A stretch of DNA of 64,000 bases from contig CAWAIF010000002.1 in NCBI GenBank assembly GCA_963782055.1, positions 352,001 to 416,000 of the forward strand. Reading direction: 5' to 3'. Below the pieces are notes generated by a model. That model made no database searches, had not been told where the DNA came from, and was given only the letters and a program-made list of their open reading frames with translations. Numbering within the stretch: the stretch's first letter is position 1; every line of letters starts with the position of its first letter. Shown piece after piece: positions 40,968 through 50,411 of the stretch. The stretch is from an uncultured delta proteobacterium. GTDB taxonomy: Bacteria > Myxococcota_A > Polyangia > Polyangiales > Polyangiaceae. A program made the translations under genes and the position numbers.

Positions 40968-42221
40968 ATGCAGCCCCTCGCCTACCGCCGCGCGCTAGAA
41001 GCCGCGGCCAAGGTCGCGCTGGTGCTCGGCGCCGCCGGGTGCGACGCGGAGGCCACGGCACCCGAGCCCGACGCCTCGCCGCCACCCTCGTGCGTGATCG
41101 ACGACGCGTGGAAGGACGTCGGCTTCGACGCCTCGGCCGACGTCTTCGTGTCGCCGCCTCCCGGCGTCGCGGTCGACGACGCGGGCTGGGGGTGCTGCCT
41201 GGCCGCGGTCTACCCGCGAGTGGAGCTGGACGGCGGCGTGGCCAAGCTGGACGACGCCGGCGATCCGGACCTGATGGCGTGCTGTCGGGTCATCGAGCTC
41301 GGCTCGAAGGATCACGAGGACCCCAACGCCACGCGCTGGCTCGTCGACCTGCTCGCCTGCTGCGACGCGACCGGCGATCCGGTGAGCACCTGCGACCTCT
41401 GGGGGCCGCCTCCGCCGCCGTCGACGCGCCCGTCCCGGCGGCGCCGTCGCGCCCTGCGGGTGGACCTGCGCCGCACCGCGCGCCGGCTCGCCCCGGCGAT
41501 CCCTGCGGCCCGGTCCGCGCGCCTTCGCGACGCCGCGGTGCGGACGTGGCGCGGACGCATGTTCCACGAGCACGTCTCCTCCGCGGTCTTCGTGGCGCTC
41601 GCCGCGCAGATGCGCGGCGCGGGCTTCGCCGAGAGCCAGGTGCGCGCCTGCGCGGGCTTCGCGCGGGAGGAGCGGCGTCACGGCGTGCTCTGCGGCGCCG
41701 TCGTCGAGGCCCTGGGCGCCGACGCGATCCACGAGGGCGCCGCCCCACCGCCCGTCCCCCGCCACGGCGGCGTCTCGGCGCGCGAGGCCGTCGTGATGAA
41801 CCTGCTGAGCATCGGGTGCATGAGCGAGACGGTGGCCGTCGCCCTCATCGCGGCGGAGCGTGAGCAGATGCCCGCCGGACCGCTGCGGGATCTGCTCACG
41901 CGCATCTGGGCCGACGAGATCGGCCACGCGCGCTTCGGCTGGCGGGTGGTGGCCTCCGAGCTCGCGGGGATGGACGGCGCCGCCCGCGGTCGCGTCGCCG
42001 CGTATTTGCCGCACGCGTTCGAGCACCTGCTCTTGCACGAGCTGGCGCACCTGCGACCCGGCAGCCCCATCGCGGGGGGAGAGGCGCTGGGCGTGTGCGA
42101 CGGCGGGGCGGCGCGCCGGCTGTTCCTGGACGTGGTCGGCCGGGTGATCGTCCCCGCCCTGGAGTCCGCAGGGATGCCCGCGCGGCGCGCGTGGAAGCAG
42201 GCGCTCGCGCAGGTGGCGTAG
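40968..42221 (+). CDS. Ferritin-like diiron domain protein with N-terminal Cys-rich lipoprotein-like segment
   Basis: WRGRMFHEHVS, EERRHG, CMSETVA, ADEIGHARFGW (two ExxH); N-terminal AAGC..CC..CC..CC..WGPPPPP. Confidence 0.8.
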   Translation: MQPLAYRRALEAAAKVALVLGAAGCDAEATAPEPDASPPPSCVIDDAWKDVGFDASADVFVSPPPGVAVDDAGWGCCLAAVYPRVELDGGVAKLDDAGDPDLMACCRVIELGSKDHEDPNATRWLVDLLACCDATGDPVSTCDLWGPPPPPSTRPSRRRRRALRVDLRRTARRLAPAIPAARSARLRDAAVRTWRGRMFHEHVSSAVFVALAAQMRGAGFAESQVRACAGFAREERRHGVLCGAVVEALGADAIHEGAAPPPVPRHGGVSAREAVVMNLLSIGCMSETVAVALIAAEREQMPAGPLRDLLTRIWADEIGHARFGWRVVASELAGMDGAARGRVAAYLPHAFEHLLLHELAHLRPGSPIAGGEALGVCDGGAARRLFLDVVGRVIVPALESAGMPARRAWKQALAQVA

Positions 42222-42323
42222 ATAGACGAGCGCCAGCCACGCGCGCCGCGCCTATCTGCCCCGGCGCGCCGCTTTTACGCCGGAAAGTGGTCCTCGCCGG
42301 CGGCGGCGCCCTAGCCTGAATCC

Positions 42324-43289
42324 ATGCGCGCGTTTCTCCTCGACGACGGCGTGATCCGCCAGACGAGCGATGTCGGCGAGATACGCGCCGCCGCGGAGGC
42401 GAAGCGGCGAATGTGGGTCGACCTGGAGACGCAGACTCCGGAGGCCGAGGCGCTCCTCTCCGAGGTCTTCGCGCTGCACCCCGTCACGGTCGAGGACGTG
42501 TGGACCGACCGGCCCGGTCCGAAGGTGGACGAGTTCCCCGACTACCTCTACGTCTGCGCCCACGCCCTGCGACGCGAGGGCGACGAGCTGGTCCCCTGCG
42601 AGCTGGATCTGGTGGTGGGCGCGACCTTCGTCCTCACGCACGACCCGACGGGGATGACGACCGGCCCGGTGCGCGAGGACCTCGCGCGCTCGCCTCGCCT
42701 TCTGGCGCGCGGAACGGCGTGGGTCGCCCACGCCGTGCTCGACAAGCTCGTCGACGCGTACCTCCCGATCATCGACGCCTTCGACGACGAGGTCGGCACG
42801 CTGGAGGACGACGTCCTGGCCAAGTCCGGGACGCCGGAGGGTGGCCCGGTGCTCGGGCGGATCCTCTCGCTGAAGCGATCCCTGCAGGCGCTGCGTCGCG
42901 TCTCGGTGCACCAGCGCGAGCTGCTGCTGCGGCTCTCCCGCGGCGAGTTCGACACCTTCCCCACCGAGCTGCTCCCGTACCTGCGAGACGTCCACGACCA
43001 CTTCGTGCGGGTCGGCGACCTCGCCGAGAGCTACCGCGATCTGGTGACGAGCGCGCTGGACGCGTTCCTGAGCGTGCAGTCCAACCGGATGAACGACGTG
43101 ATGAAGACGCTCACCTTGATCTCCACGGTGATGCTGCCGCTGACCTTCGTTGCCGGTCTCTACGGCATGAACTTCGAGCACATGCCGGAGCTCCACTGGG
43201 AGCTGGGGTACCCCTTCGCGCTCGGGTTGATGGCGCTGATCGCGCTGGGAGCCTTCTTCTGGTTCCGGCACAAGCGCTGGATCGGCTGA
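42324..43289 (+). CDS. corA: Magnesium/cobalt transporter CorA
   Basis: LHPVTVED, PKVDEF, MNDVMKTLT, AGLYGMNFEHMPELHW..GY. Confidence 0.95.
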   Translation: MRAFLLDDGVIRQTSDVGEIRAAAEAKRRMWVDLETQTPEAEALLSEVFALHPVTVEDVWTDRPGPKVDEFPDYLYVCAHALRREGDELVPCELDLVVGATFVLTHDPTGMTTGPVREDLARSPRLLARGTAWVAHAVLDKLVDAYLPIIDAFDDEVGTLEDDVLAKSGTPEGGPVLGRILSLKRSLQALRRVSVHQRELLLRLSRGEFDTFPTELLPYLRDVHDHFVRVGDLAESYRDLVTSALDAFLSVQSNRMNDVMKTLTLISTVMLPLTFVAGLYGMNFEHMPELHWELGYPFALGLMALIALGAFFWFRHKRWIG

Positions 43290-43310
43290 CGCGCAACGCG
43301 CGGCGCGCTG

Positions 43311-44366
43311 CTACGCGCGCGCCCCGGGCATCTCCTTGATGTAGACGTCGCGCTTCGGGTACGGGATCTCGATGCCGGCGCGCGCGAACTCCTTGTAGAC
43401 GCGGCAGTTGAGGCGGTCGACCAGGATGCCGCGCTTGTGCGGCTCCTGCAGCCAAACGAGCAGCTCGAAGTCCAGGCCGGAGTCGCCGAAGTCCCGGAAG
43501 CGCACCTCCGGCAGCGGCTCCTTGCACACGTCCTCCACGCCCTCGGCCGCGCCCTGCAGCACCTTGCGGACCACGTCGATGTCGGAGCCGTAGGCGCACG
43601 ACACCTTGACCCGGACGCGCTGCTTGACCGACGGTCCGCCCGCCTCGTTGACGATCTTGGAGCCGCCGATGACGGCGTTCGGGACGGTGATCTCGATGTC
43701 GTCCATCGTCAGGATGCGCGTCGAGCGGATGCCGATGCGCGTCACCTGCCCACGCAGCTCGCCGTCCAGGACGATCCAGTCCCCCACCTTGTACGGCGCA
43801 TCGGCCAGGATGAAGATGCCGGAGAAGAAGTTCGCCAGCGTGTCCTTGGCGGCGAAGCCCACCGCGATGCCGACGATGCCGGCGGAGGCGAGCCACGCGG
43901 TGACGTCGATGTGCCAGGCGAGGAAGGTGAAGTAGACCGCGGCGCCCACCACGGCGATGCGGCTCACCATCTCGAACGCGGCCAGGGTGCGCGGCTGCAC
44001 CACCGACGACTCGTGCGCGCGCCGGCTGAGCGTCTCCAGCACCGCGGTCGCGACCTTGAAGGCGCCCGAGGTCCAGACGAAGACCGCGATGGTCTTGAGC
44101 ACGGCCTCCGTCACGTTCATCGGCTTGGCGGGGAGGGCCAGGGTGCCCGCCGCCCAGTCGAGCCCGACGAGCATGACGCTGACGAAGACCGGACGCCGCA
44201 GGGCGGCGACGATGCGATCATCCAGGTCGGAGACGGTCTTGCGGGCCAGCGCCATGAAGGTGGCGCGGATGAAGAGCTCGGCGAGGTACGCCGCCAGCAC
44301 GGACCCGACCGCGATGGCCGCCGCGCGCACCGCGCGCTGCTCCAGGAGGTGGTGCAGGAATTCCAC
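43311..44366 (-). CDS. Small-conductance mechanosensitive channel (MscS family)
   Basis: GIAVGFAAKDTLANFFSG, PYKVGDWI, IGIRSTRI, VPNA, GIEIPYP. Confidence 0.93.
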   Translation of the reverse strand: MEFLHHLLEQRAVRAAAIAVGSVLAAYLAELFIRATFMALARKTVSDLDDRIVAALRRPVFVSVMLVGLDWAAGTLALPAKPMNVTEAVLKTIAVFVWTSGAFKVATAVLETLSRRAHESSVVQPRTLAAFEMVSRIAVVGAAVYFTFLAWHIDVTAWLASAGIVGIAVGFAAKDTLANFFSGIFILADAPYKVGDWIVLDGELRGQVTRIGIRSTRILTMDDIEITVPNAVIGGSKIVNEAGGPSVKQRVRVKVSCAYGSDIDVVRKVLQGAAEGVEDVCKEPLPEVRFRDFGDSGLDFELLVWLQEPHKRGILVDRLNCRVYKEFARAGIEIPYPKRDVYIKEMPGARA

Positions 44367-44455
44367 GGCGGCAACCTACCATGCAGGCGCCTGCGGGGTC
44401 AGCTCGCGCCGGGCACAGAGAGCCGGCGCCGCGGAGAGGCGGCGAACCGTGAGAT

Positions 44456-44497
44456 AAAGTCATTGACACTCTAAAAAGAGTACCTAGACTTTTTCTT
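44456..44497 (+). promoter_or_regulatory. Sigma70-type promoter overlapped by palindromic operator(s)
   Basis: AT-rich island: TTGACA (44463-68)-N16-TAGACT (44485-90); AGT-N7-ACT and AGT-N6-ACT boxes; AAAGTC...ACTC / GAGT...GACTTT inverted symmetry. Confidence 0.7.
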
Positions 44498-45682
44498 GTG
44501 GACGCGACCGATTCCCCGCTCTTCAATCTCGCCGCTCGGGTGACCCGCGCCGCGGTGCCGGAGGACCTCTTCGGGCCCCTCGCGGGGGAGGCCGGCGCCC
44601 GCCGGCGCGCGCTCGCGTCGCAGTACAGGCGGCTCGCCGCGCGGCTTCACCCGGATCGGTACCGCGATCCCGCCTGCGCCCGGGTGGCGAGGGAGGCGTT
44701 CCTCAGGCTGGCGGAGCTGCTGAGCGCGGCGGAGGCCAAGCTCGGCGCCGGCACCTACGGCGACAGGACCGCCGCCCCATCGCCCGTCGTCCTGTGCGCC
44801 GGCTCGCGGAGCTACCGCGTGGGGCCGCGCGTCGCGCGGGGCGACCTGTGCGACGTCTACGCGAGCCACGGAAGTGCCGGCGCGCCCCTCGTTCTCAAGG
44901 TGCTCGGCCGCCCGAGCGACGCCGACCTCGCCCTGAACGAGTCCCGCGTTCTCGGCCGCCTCGCCCCGGCCGGCACGCCGGACCGCCGGTTTCACCGTTA
45001 CCTCCCGCGCCTCGTGGACTCCTTCGTGCTGCGCGGCGCGTCCGGGGGGGAGCGGCGCGTCAACGTGCTGCCGCACTTCGCCGATCACGTCTCGCTGGAG
45101 GAGGTGCTCGCGGCGCACCCCGCCGGCCTCGACCTCCGCGACGTCGCGTGGATGCTCAAGCGCCTGCTCGCCGGGCTCGGCTTCGTCCATCGCCGTGGCT
45201 TCGTGCACGGCGCGGTGGTGCCGCCGCACGTGCTCGTCCACCCCGTGGAACACGGCGCGCGCCTCGTCGACTTCTGCTACGCGGTGGACACCGGGACGCG
45301 CATCGCCGCGCTCAGCCCGGCGTGGCGCGCCTTCTACCCGCCGGAGGTCACGGCGAAGCAGCCTGCCACCCCCGCCACCGACATCGCCATGGCCGCGGCG
45401 TGTGCGGTGGCCCTGCTCGGCGGTGACGTGACGGCGCGCACCGTGCCCTCGCGCGTCCCCGCGCCGCTCGCCACCTTCCTCCGCTGCTGCCTCGCGCCGA
45501 GCCCGGCGCGCCGCCCGGACGACGCGTGGCAGCTCCACGAAGAGCTCGACGAGCTGCTCCTGCGCCTCGTCGGCGAGCCCCGCTACAGACCGCTCGCGAT
45601 GCCCTCGCGAGCCCGAAAGGAGACCGAGCCATGGGAAGCAGCCGATGGAGTGACGACTTTTACCGCGACCGCGAGCACCTGA
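44498..45682 (+). CDS. J-domain-like / protein-kinase-like fusion, probable pseudokinase
   Basis: YRRLAARLHPDR J-like motif; VLKV, NE..VL, GLGFVHRRGFVHGAVVPPHVLV, LVDFCY, YPPEV, TDI kinase-fold motifs. Confidence 0.82.
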   Translation: MDATDSPLFNLAARVTRAAVPEDLFGPLAGEAGARRRALASQYRRLAARLHPDRYRDPACARVAREAFLRLAELLSAAEAKLGAGTYGDRTAAPSPVVLCAGSRSYRVGPRVARGDLCDVYASHGSAGAPLVLKVLGRPSDADLALNESRVLGRLAPAGTPDRRFHRYLPRLVDSFVLRGASGGERRVNVLPHFADHVSLEEVLAAHPAGLDLRDVAWMLKRLLAGLGFVHRRGFVHGAVVPPHVLVHPVEHGARLVDFCYAVDTGTRIAALSPAWRAFYPPEVTAKQPATPATDIAMAAACAVALLGGDVTARTVPSRVPAPLATFLRCCLAPSPARRPDDAWQLHEELDELLLRLVGEPRYRPLAMPSRARKETEPWEAADGVTTFTATAST

Positions 45683-46623
45683 GGAAGAGGACGGGCGCGC
45701 CGGCCTTCGCCCACGACCACGCGGTGCGCACCGGCAAGGCCCGCCGCGCGGTGCACCCCAAGATGGACCCGCGCAACGTCACGCGCGAGTCGCGCGACTC
45801 CGCCGCGCACCCGCAGTCGGTGGCGGTGGGCGTCGTCTTCGACGTGACCGGCTCGATGGGCGGCATCCCGGTCATGCTGCAGAAGAAGCTGCCGCAGCTC
45901 CTCGGGCTGCTGCTCCGCAAGGGCTACGTCACCGACCCGCAGATCCTCTTCGGCGCGGTGGGAGACTTCTTCGCCGACAGCGTGCCGCTGCAGATCGGCC
46001 AGTTCGAGAGCGGCATCGAGATGGACGACGACCTCGGCCGCCTGTACCTGGAGGGCGGTGGCGGCGGCTCGTACGAGGAGAGCTACCAGGACGCCCTGTA
46101 CTTCTTCGCGCGGCACACGGTGATCGACTGCTTCGAGAAGCGCAAGAAGAAGGGCTACCTCTTCGTCATCGGCGACGAGATGCCGTACGGCGTGGCCACG
46201 CGGAAGGAGCTCCGGCGCGTGGTCGGCGACGACGTGCCGGAGGACCTCTCTGTCGAGGACGTCATCCGGGAGGCGCGCGCCCGCTACCACGTCTTCTTCG
46301 TCATCCCGCGCGGCGCGAGCCACGGCGCCGACCCCGCGCTCCGCAAGCGCTGGACCGAGCTGCTCGGCGCCGAGAACGTCCTGATGCTCGACGACCCTGG
46401 CGCCGTCTGCGAGACCATCGGCGTGGCGATCGGCCTGGTGGAGGGCACGGTCATGCGCGACGGCATCGACGCCGACCTCGCCGACACCGGCGCGGACGAC
46501 GCCACCGCGCTCGCGGTGATCTCGGCGCTGGACCCGCTGGCCCGCAAGACGGCGCTCGCGCGTGTGGGGACGGGCTCCATCCCGGAGCGGCCCGCCGGCT
46601 CCTCCCGCGTCGAGCGGCTCTGA
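45631..46623 (+). CDS. vWA-like (MIDAS) domain protein
   Basis: AAAGGAG RBS; VVFDVTGSMG MIDAS-like motif, LQIGQFES, LEGGGGG..ESY, YLFVIGDE. Confidence 0.82.
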   Translation: MGSSRWSDDFYRDREHLRKRTGAPAFAHDHAVRTGKARRAVHPKMDPRNVTRESRDSAAHPQSVAVGVVFDVTGSMGGIPVMLQKKLPQLLGLLLRKGYVTDPQILFGAVGDFFADSVPLQIGQFESGIEMDDDLGRLYLEGGGGGSYEESYQDALYFFARHTVIDCFEKRKKKGYLFVIGDEMPYGVATRKELRRVVGDDVPEDLSVEDVIREARARYHVFFVIPRGASHGADPALRKRWTELLGAENVLMLDDPGAVCETIGVAIGLVEGTVMRDGIDADLADTGADDATALAVISALDPLARKTALARVGTGSIPERPAGSSRVERL

Positions 46624-46642
46624 GCGCCGGAGTGGTGGCGCG

Positions 46643-48063
46643 ATGGTGAAGGTCACGCTGGTCGCCGGGCTCGGCTTCGGCGACGAGGGCAAGGGCACGA
46701 CGGTCGACTACCTCGCCCGGCGCGAGCCGGCGTCGCTCGTCGTCCGCTACAACGGGGGCGCGCAGGCCGCGCACAACGTGGTGGCGGGCGGCGTGCACCA
46801 CACCTTCTCGCAGCTCGGGAGCGGGACCTTCGCCGGCGCCGCGACGCTCCTCTCGCGGCACGTGCTGATCAACCCGGTGGCGCTGCTCGCGGAGGCGGCG
46901 CACCTCCGCGCGCTCGGCGTCGCGCGCCCGCTCTCCCGCGTCTTCGTCGAGGGCGAGGCGCTCGTCACCACGCCGTTCCACGTCGCCGCCAACCGCCTGC
47001 GGGAGAGCGCCCGCAGCCGCCGCCACGGGAGCTGCGGGATGGGCATCGGCGAGACCACCCAGGACGCGATCGAGGCGCCGGAGCAGGCGCTGCGCGTCGC
47101 CGACCTGGCGCGGCCCGGCGTGGCCCGCGCCAAGCTCCACGCGGTGCGCGCCCGCAAGCTGGCCCTCACCAGAGACCTGCGCCCCACCCTGCCGGCGACG
47201 CCGGCGGTCGGGCGGGAGCTCGCCCTCATCGAGGACGAGCGGAGCGTCGCGCTGTGCCTCGAGCGCTTCGCCGCGTTCCGCCGCGGCGTGCACGTCGTCG
47301 ACGTCTCGCTCCTGGGCGAGGCGCTGCGCGGCGACGCTCACGTCGTGTTCGAGGGCGCCCAGGGTGTGCTGCTCGACCAGGACTACGGCTTCCAGCCGCA
47401 CACCACCTGGACCGACATCACCTTCGCCAACGCGCGAGAGCTCCTCGCCCGCGCGGGCTTCGCCGGTCCGGTCGAGCGGCTCGGCGTGCTGCGCGGATAC
47501 ATGACCCGCCACGGCGCCGGCCCCTTCGTCACCGGGGACCCCGCCATGGCCCGCCTCTCCGCCCACGATCACAACGCGACCGGCGAGTGGCAGGGCGGCC
47601 TGCGCAGCGGCGCCCTCGACCTCGTCGCTGTCGCCTACGCCGTGGAGGTGCTGGGGGGATCGACGGCCTGGTGGTGACCAACCTGGACCGCCTCTCCCTG
47701 TTGCCCGCGGTCTCGCTCGCCGTGGCGTACGAGGGGCCCGTCCACCCGCAGCTCTTCCAGATGAACGGCGGCCGCGCCACGGCCATCCGCGTGCGCCGGC
47801 CGTGCGATCTGGATCACCAGGCGCGGCTCGCCCGCGCCCTCTTCGATCTCGCCCCGGTGATGGAGAAACGCGACGCGTGGGAGCCCCCGCTGCGCTTCGC
47901 CGAGGAGATCGCCGCCCGCCTGGGCGCGCCGCTCCGTGTCGCGTCCTTCGGTCCGTCCGCCGAGGACAAGCGGCCGGGGCTCACTCCGGGCCGCCCCTCG
48001 CGTGCCCGGCGAAGAAGCGCGCGTACAGCGCCAGGTACGCCGCCTGCAACGCCGCCGCGATGA
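46643..48063 (+). CDS. Adenylosuccinate synthetase paralog (PurA-like); frameshift in G run 47653-47658
   Basis: GLGFGDEGKG, RYNGGAQAAH, GSCGMGIG, FEGAQGVLLD, YMTRHGAGPF, R.GALD; after the shift GIDGLVVTNLDRL...SFGP. Confidence 0.87.
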
Positions 48064-49186
48064 AGAAGGGTGCCCGCAGCATACCGGCGTGCAGCATCAG
48101 CGCGGCGACGAGCGGGCCCACTGCCCGCGGGATCTGGATGGAGACGTTCTGCACGCTCGCCGCGAGGCCGCGCCTGTCGCGCGTGAGGCCGATGACCAGC
48201 GCCTGCCGCACGCCGGCGGTGCCCTGGTTGAAGCCGGCGCGCACCGCGTAGAGCCCCGCGGCGACGGCGAAGGCGGGGACCAGCGGCACCAGCACGAGCA
48301 GGACCAGCCCCACGCCGCGCATCACCACGACGGGCCGGATGAGGCCGTAGGTGCGCGCCAGGCGCGCGGCGACCAGCGACCCCAGCGCCCCGAAGACGAA
48401 GCTCGCCGCCAGCGCCGGGCCGATGGACCCAGGACCGTGACCGAAGCGCAGCGCCATCCAGTACGCGATGAGCGGCGCGATCATCCCGATGCCGAGCCCG
48501 TTGAGCGTGTTGACGATCACCAGCCGCGCGAGGAGTCGGTTCTCGGTGCTCCTCTCCGCCGCCGCGCCGTCCGCGGCCGACCCTGGCGGCGCGCCTCCGG
48601 GCTCGGCGAGGCTGGCCACGAGGGCAAAGGCGGCGACGGACCCGGCGAGGGAGAGCGCGAAGAGGGGACGGTAGGCGAGGACTGGCCCGAGGGGACGGAT
48701 GAGGAAGTGCACGCCGCCGGCGATGACGGCGCCCGAGGCCATCCCGACGAAGCCGATGGCGATGTTGGTGCTGAAGACGATCCCCCGGCGGGCCGGCGCG
48801 ACCGCCTGCGCGAGCCACGCCTGCTCCAGCGGACTGAAGGGCCCCGCGCTCCCGTTGGCGCCGCGCCCGAAGCCCCCGATGACGGCCCCGGCGACCAGGG
48901 CGGGCGGCCAGGCGGTGACCAGCGCGAGCAGCGCCGCGCCGGCCTGCAGAGCCTCGTAGACGAGCAGGAAGCGGCGGCGGCCTCGCCGGTCGCTGAGGGG
49001 CCCCACGACCATGGTGAGCACGGCCCCGACGAGCAACGCGGCCGAGAGGGTGGCGCCGATCGCCGGGGCCGACCAGCCGAGCGCGCGCAGGTAGAGCGCG
49101 AACGCGGCCACGAGCGCGCCCTGCCCCACGCTGCGCGCCGCGCGCGCGGCCATGAGGCGCCTGACGGGCTTCGGCCAGGGATCCAC
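47981..49186 (-). CDS. MFS transporter
   Basis: About 12 hydrophobic segments; GPLSDRRGRRRFL MFS motif A; SAGPFSPLEQAWL. Confidence 0.9.
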   Translation of the reverse strand: MDPWPKPVRRLMAARAARSVGQGALVAAFALYLRALGWSAPAIGATLSAALLVGAVLTMVVGPLSDRRGRRRFLLVYEALQAGAALLALVTAWPPALVAGAVIGGFGRGANGSAGPFSPLEQAWLAQAVAPARRGIVFSTNIAIGFVGMASGAVIAGGVHFLIRPLGPVLAYRPLFALSLAGSVAAFALVASLAEPGGAPPGSAADGAAAERSTENRLLARLVIVNTLNGLGIGMIAPLIAYWMALRFGHGPGSIGPALAASFVFGALGSLVAARLARTYGLIRPVVVMRGVGLVLLVLVPLVPAFAVAAGLYAVRAGFNQGTAGVRQALVIGLTRDRRGLAASVQNVSIQIPRAVGPLVAALMLHAGMLRAPFFIAAALQAAYLALYARFFAGHARGGPE

Positions 49187-49248
49187 GCCGAGGACTTAGC
49201 CGGCGTGGGTGCCGGCCGCGAGTCCGATCGTCCGTCGAGGGCTCCGCC

Positions 49249-50277
49249 TCAGTGGTGGTGGTGTCCCCCGCCGCCGAAGTGAACGTGCTCGTGCACGTCG
49301 AGGTGAACGTGTCCCGGCTCGTGCACCACCACACCCGGCGCGCCGACGACGATACCGGGCGCACCGACGACGACGCCCGGCGCGCCGACGACGACGCCGT
49401 GACCGTGGTGATGCCCGTGCAGCACGACCACGCCGTCCTCGTCCCACACCGGCTGGGCGACCACGAACACGTGGACGCGCGGCGCCTTGTGGCCCACGAC
49501 GACCACCTTGCCCGGCACCCAGCCGACGAGGCACGCGTGCGTCGCGCCGTGGACGTTCACCGCCACCGTGACGTGCACCGGGTCGACGCGCGTCCTGACG
49601 TGACCTACGACGAACCTGCCCTTCGGCGCGGGCGTGAGGACGACCACCTCCGGGTCGTGGCCCTCGAAGGCGAGCGTGATCTTGCGGTCGCCGGGGTCCA
49701 CGACGTGGTAGTCGGCGTCGAGCACGTACGCGCGCACCTCCCCGGTCTCCCGGTTGGCGACGACCTCCACCCGGTCCGGCCCGACCACCTGCACGACGCC
49801 GCCGTTCGGTCCCACCGTCTTGTCCTCGGGGATCGTCGTCTGCAGCTTCGCCGTCTCGACGAGGTCCTGCGTCCCCCCGCGGGGCACGTCGATGGCGCCG
49901 TCGATCGGCTTGCCGTCGGCGACGAGCGCATAGGTCACGTGGTTGAGATCCGCGTCCAGCTTCGGCCCGGTGGCGGTGAGCACGCCGGTCTTCTCGTTGT
50001 AAGTCGCCGGCACAGTCTTGGTCTTGCCGTCCTGCTCGAAGCTGACCTGACCCACCACGCCGGGCATGGGCTTGCCGTCCTCGCCGTGAAGGAGCGCGGA
50101 GACGCTGCCATCGGCGCCGATGATCCACGCGCCGGTGCCGTGATCATACTGCGTGGTGATCGCCGCAGCCGACTTCTCGATCTGGTCGGCGGTCACCATG
50201 GCCTTCTTGCAGCCGGTGCCGGCCAGCGAAGCGAGACCGATGAACCCGACCAGCGCCAGGGAGCGGAGCACGCGCAT
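49249..50277 (-). CDS. Lipoprotein with His-rich, GAPGVVV-repeat C-terminus
   Basis: GGAGG RBS; LAGTGC lipobox; GPNGG motif; tail HGHHHGHG(VVVGAPG)3..HVHLDVHEHVHFGGGGHHHH. Confidence 0.75.
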   Translation of the reverse strand: MRVLRSLALVGFIGLASLAGTGCKKAMVTADQIEKSAAAITTQYDHGTGAWIIGADGSVSALLHGEDGKPMPGVVGQVSFEQDGKTKTVPATYNEKTGVLTATGPKLDADLNHVTYALVADGKPIDGAIDVPRGGTQDLVETAKLQTTIPEDKTVGPNGGVVQVVGPDRVEVVANRETGEVRAYVLDADYHVVDPGDRKITLAFEGHDPEVVVLTPAPKGRFVVGHVRTRVDPVHVTVAVNVHGATHACLVGWVPGKVVVVGHKAPRVHVFVVAQPVWDEDGVVVLHGHHHGHGVVVGAPGVVVGAPGIVVGAPGVVVHEPGHVHLDVHEHVHFGGGGHHHH

Positions 50278-50411
50278 GAATCACCTCCGGGGAAGATGCT
50301 ACCCCGTGTTGGACACGAAGCCCCGCACGCGCATTCAGCGGACCTCCGCGCACATCGTCGCACGCTGCTGCAGAGGGGAACCTCGCGCGTCGGCGGTTGT
50401 CCCCATTTTCC

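Noticed and set aside
46643..48063. PurZ (2-aminoadenine, Z-genome pathway)
   Set aside because: It keeps the PurA catalytic Asp (GDEGKG), whereas PurZ has Ser there. No dATPase, MazZ or phage polymerase genes are nearby.
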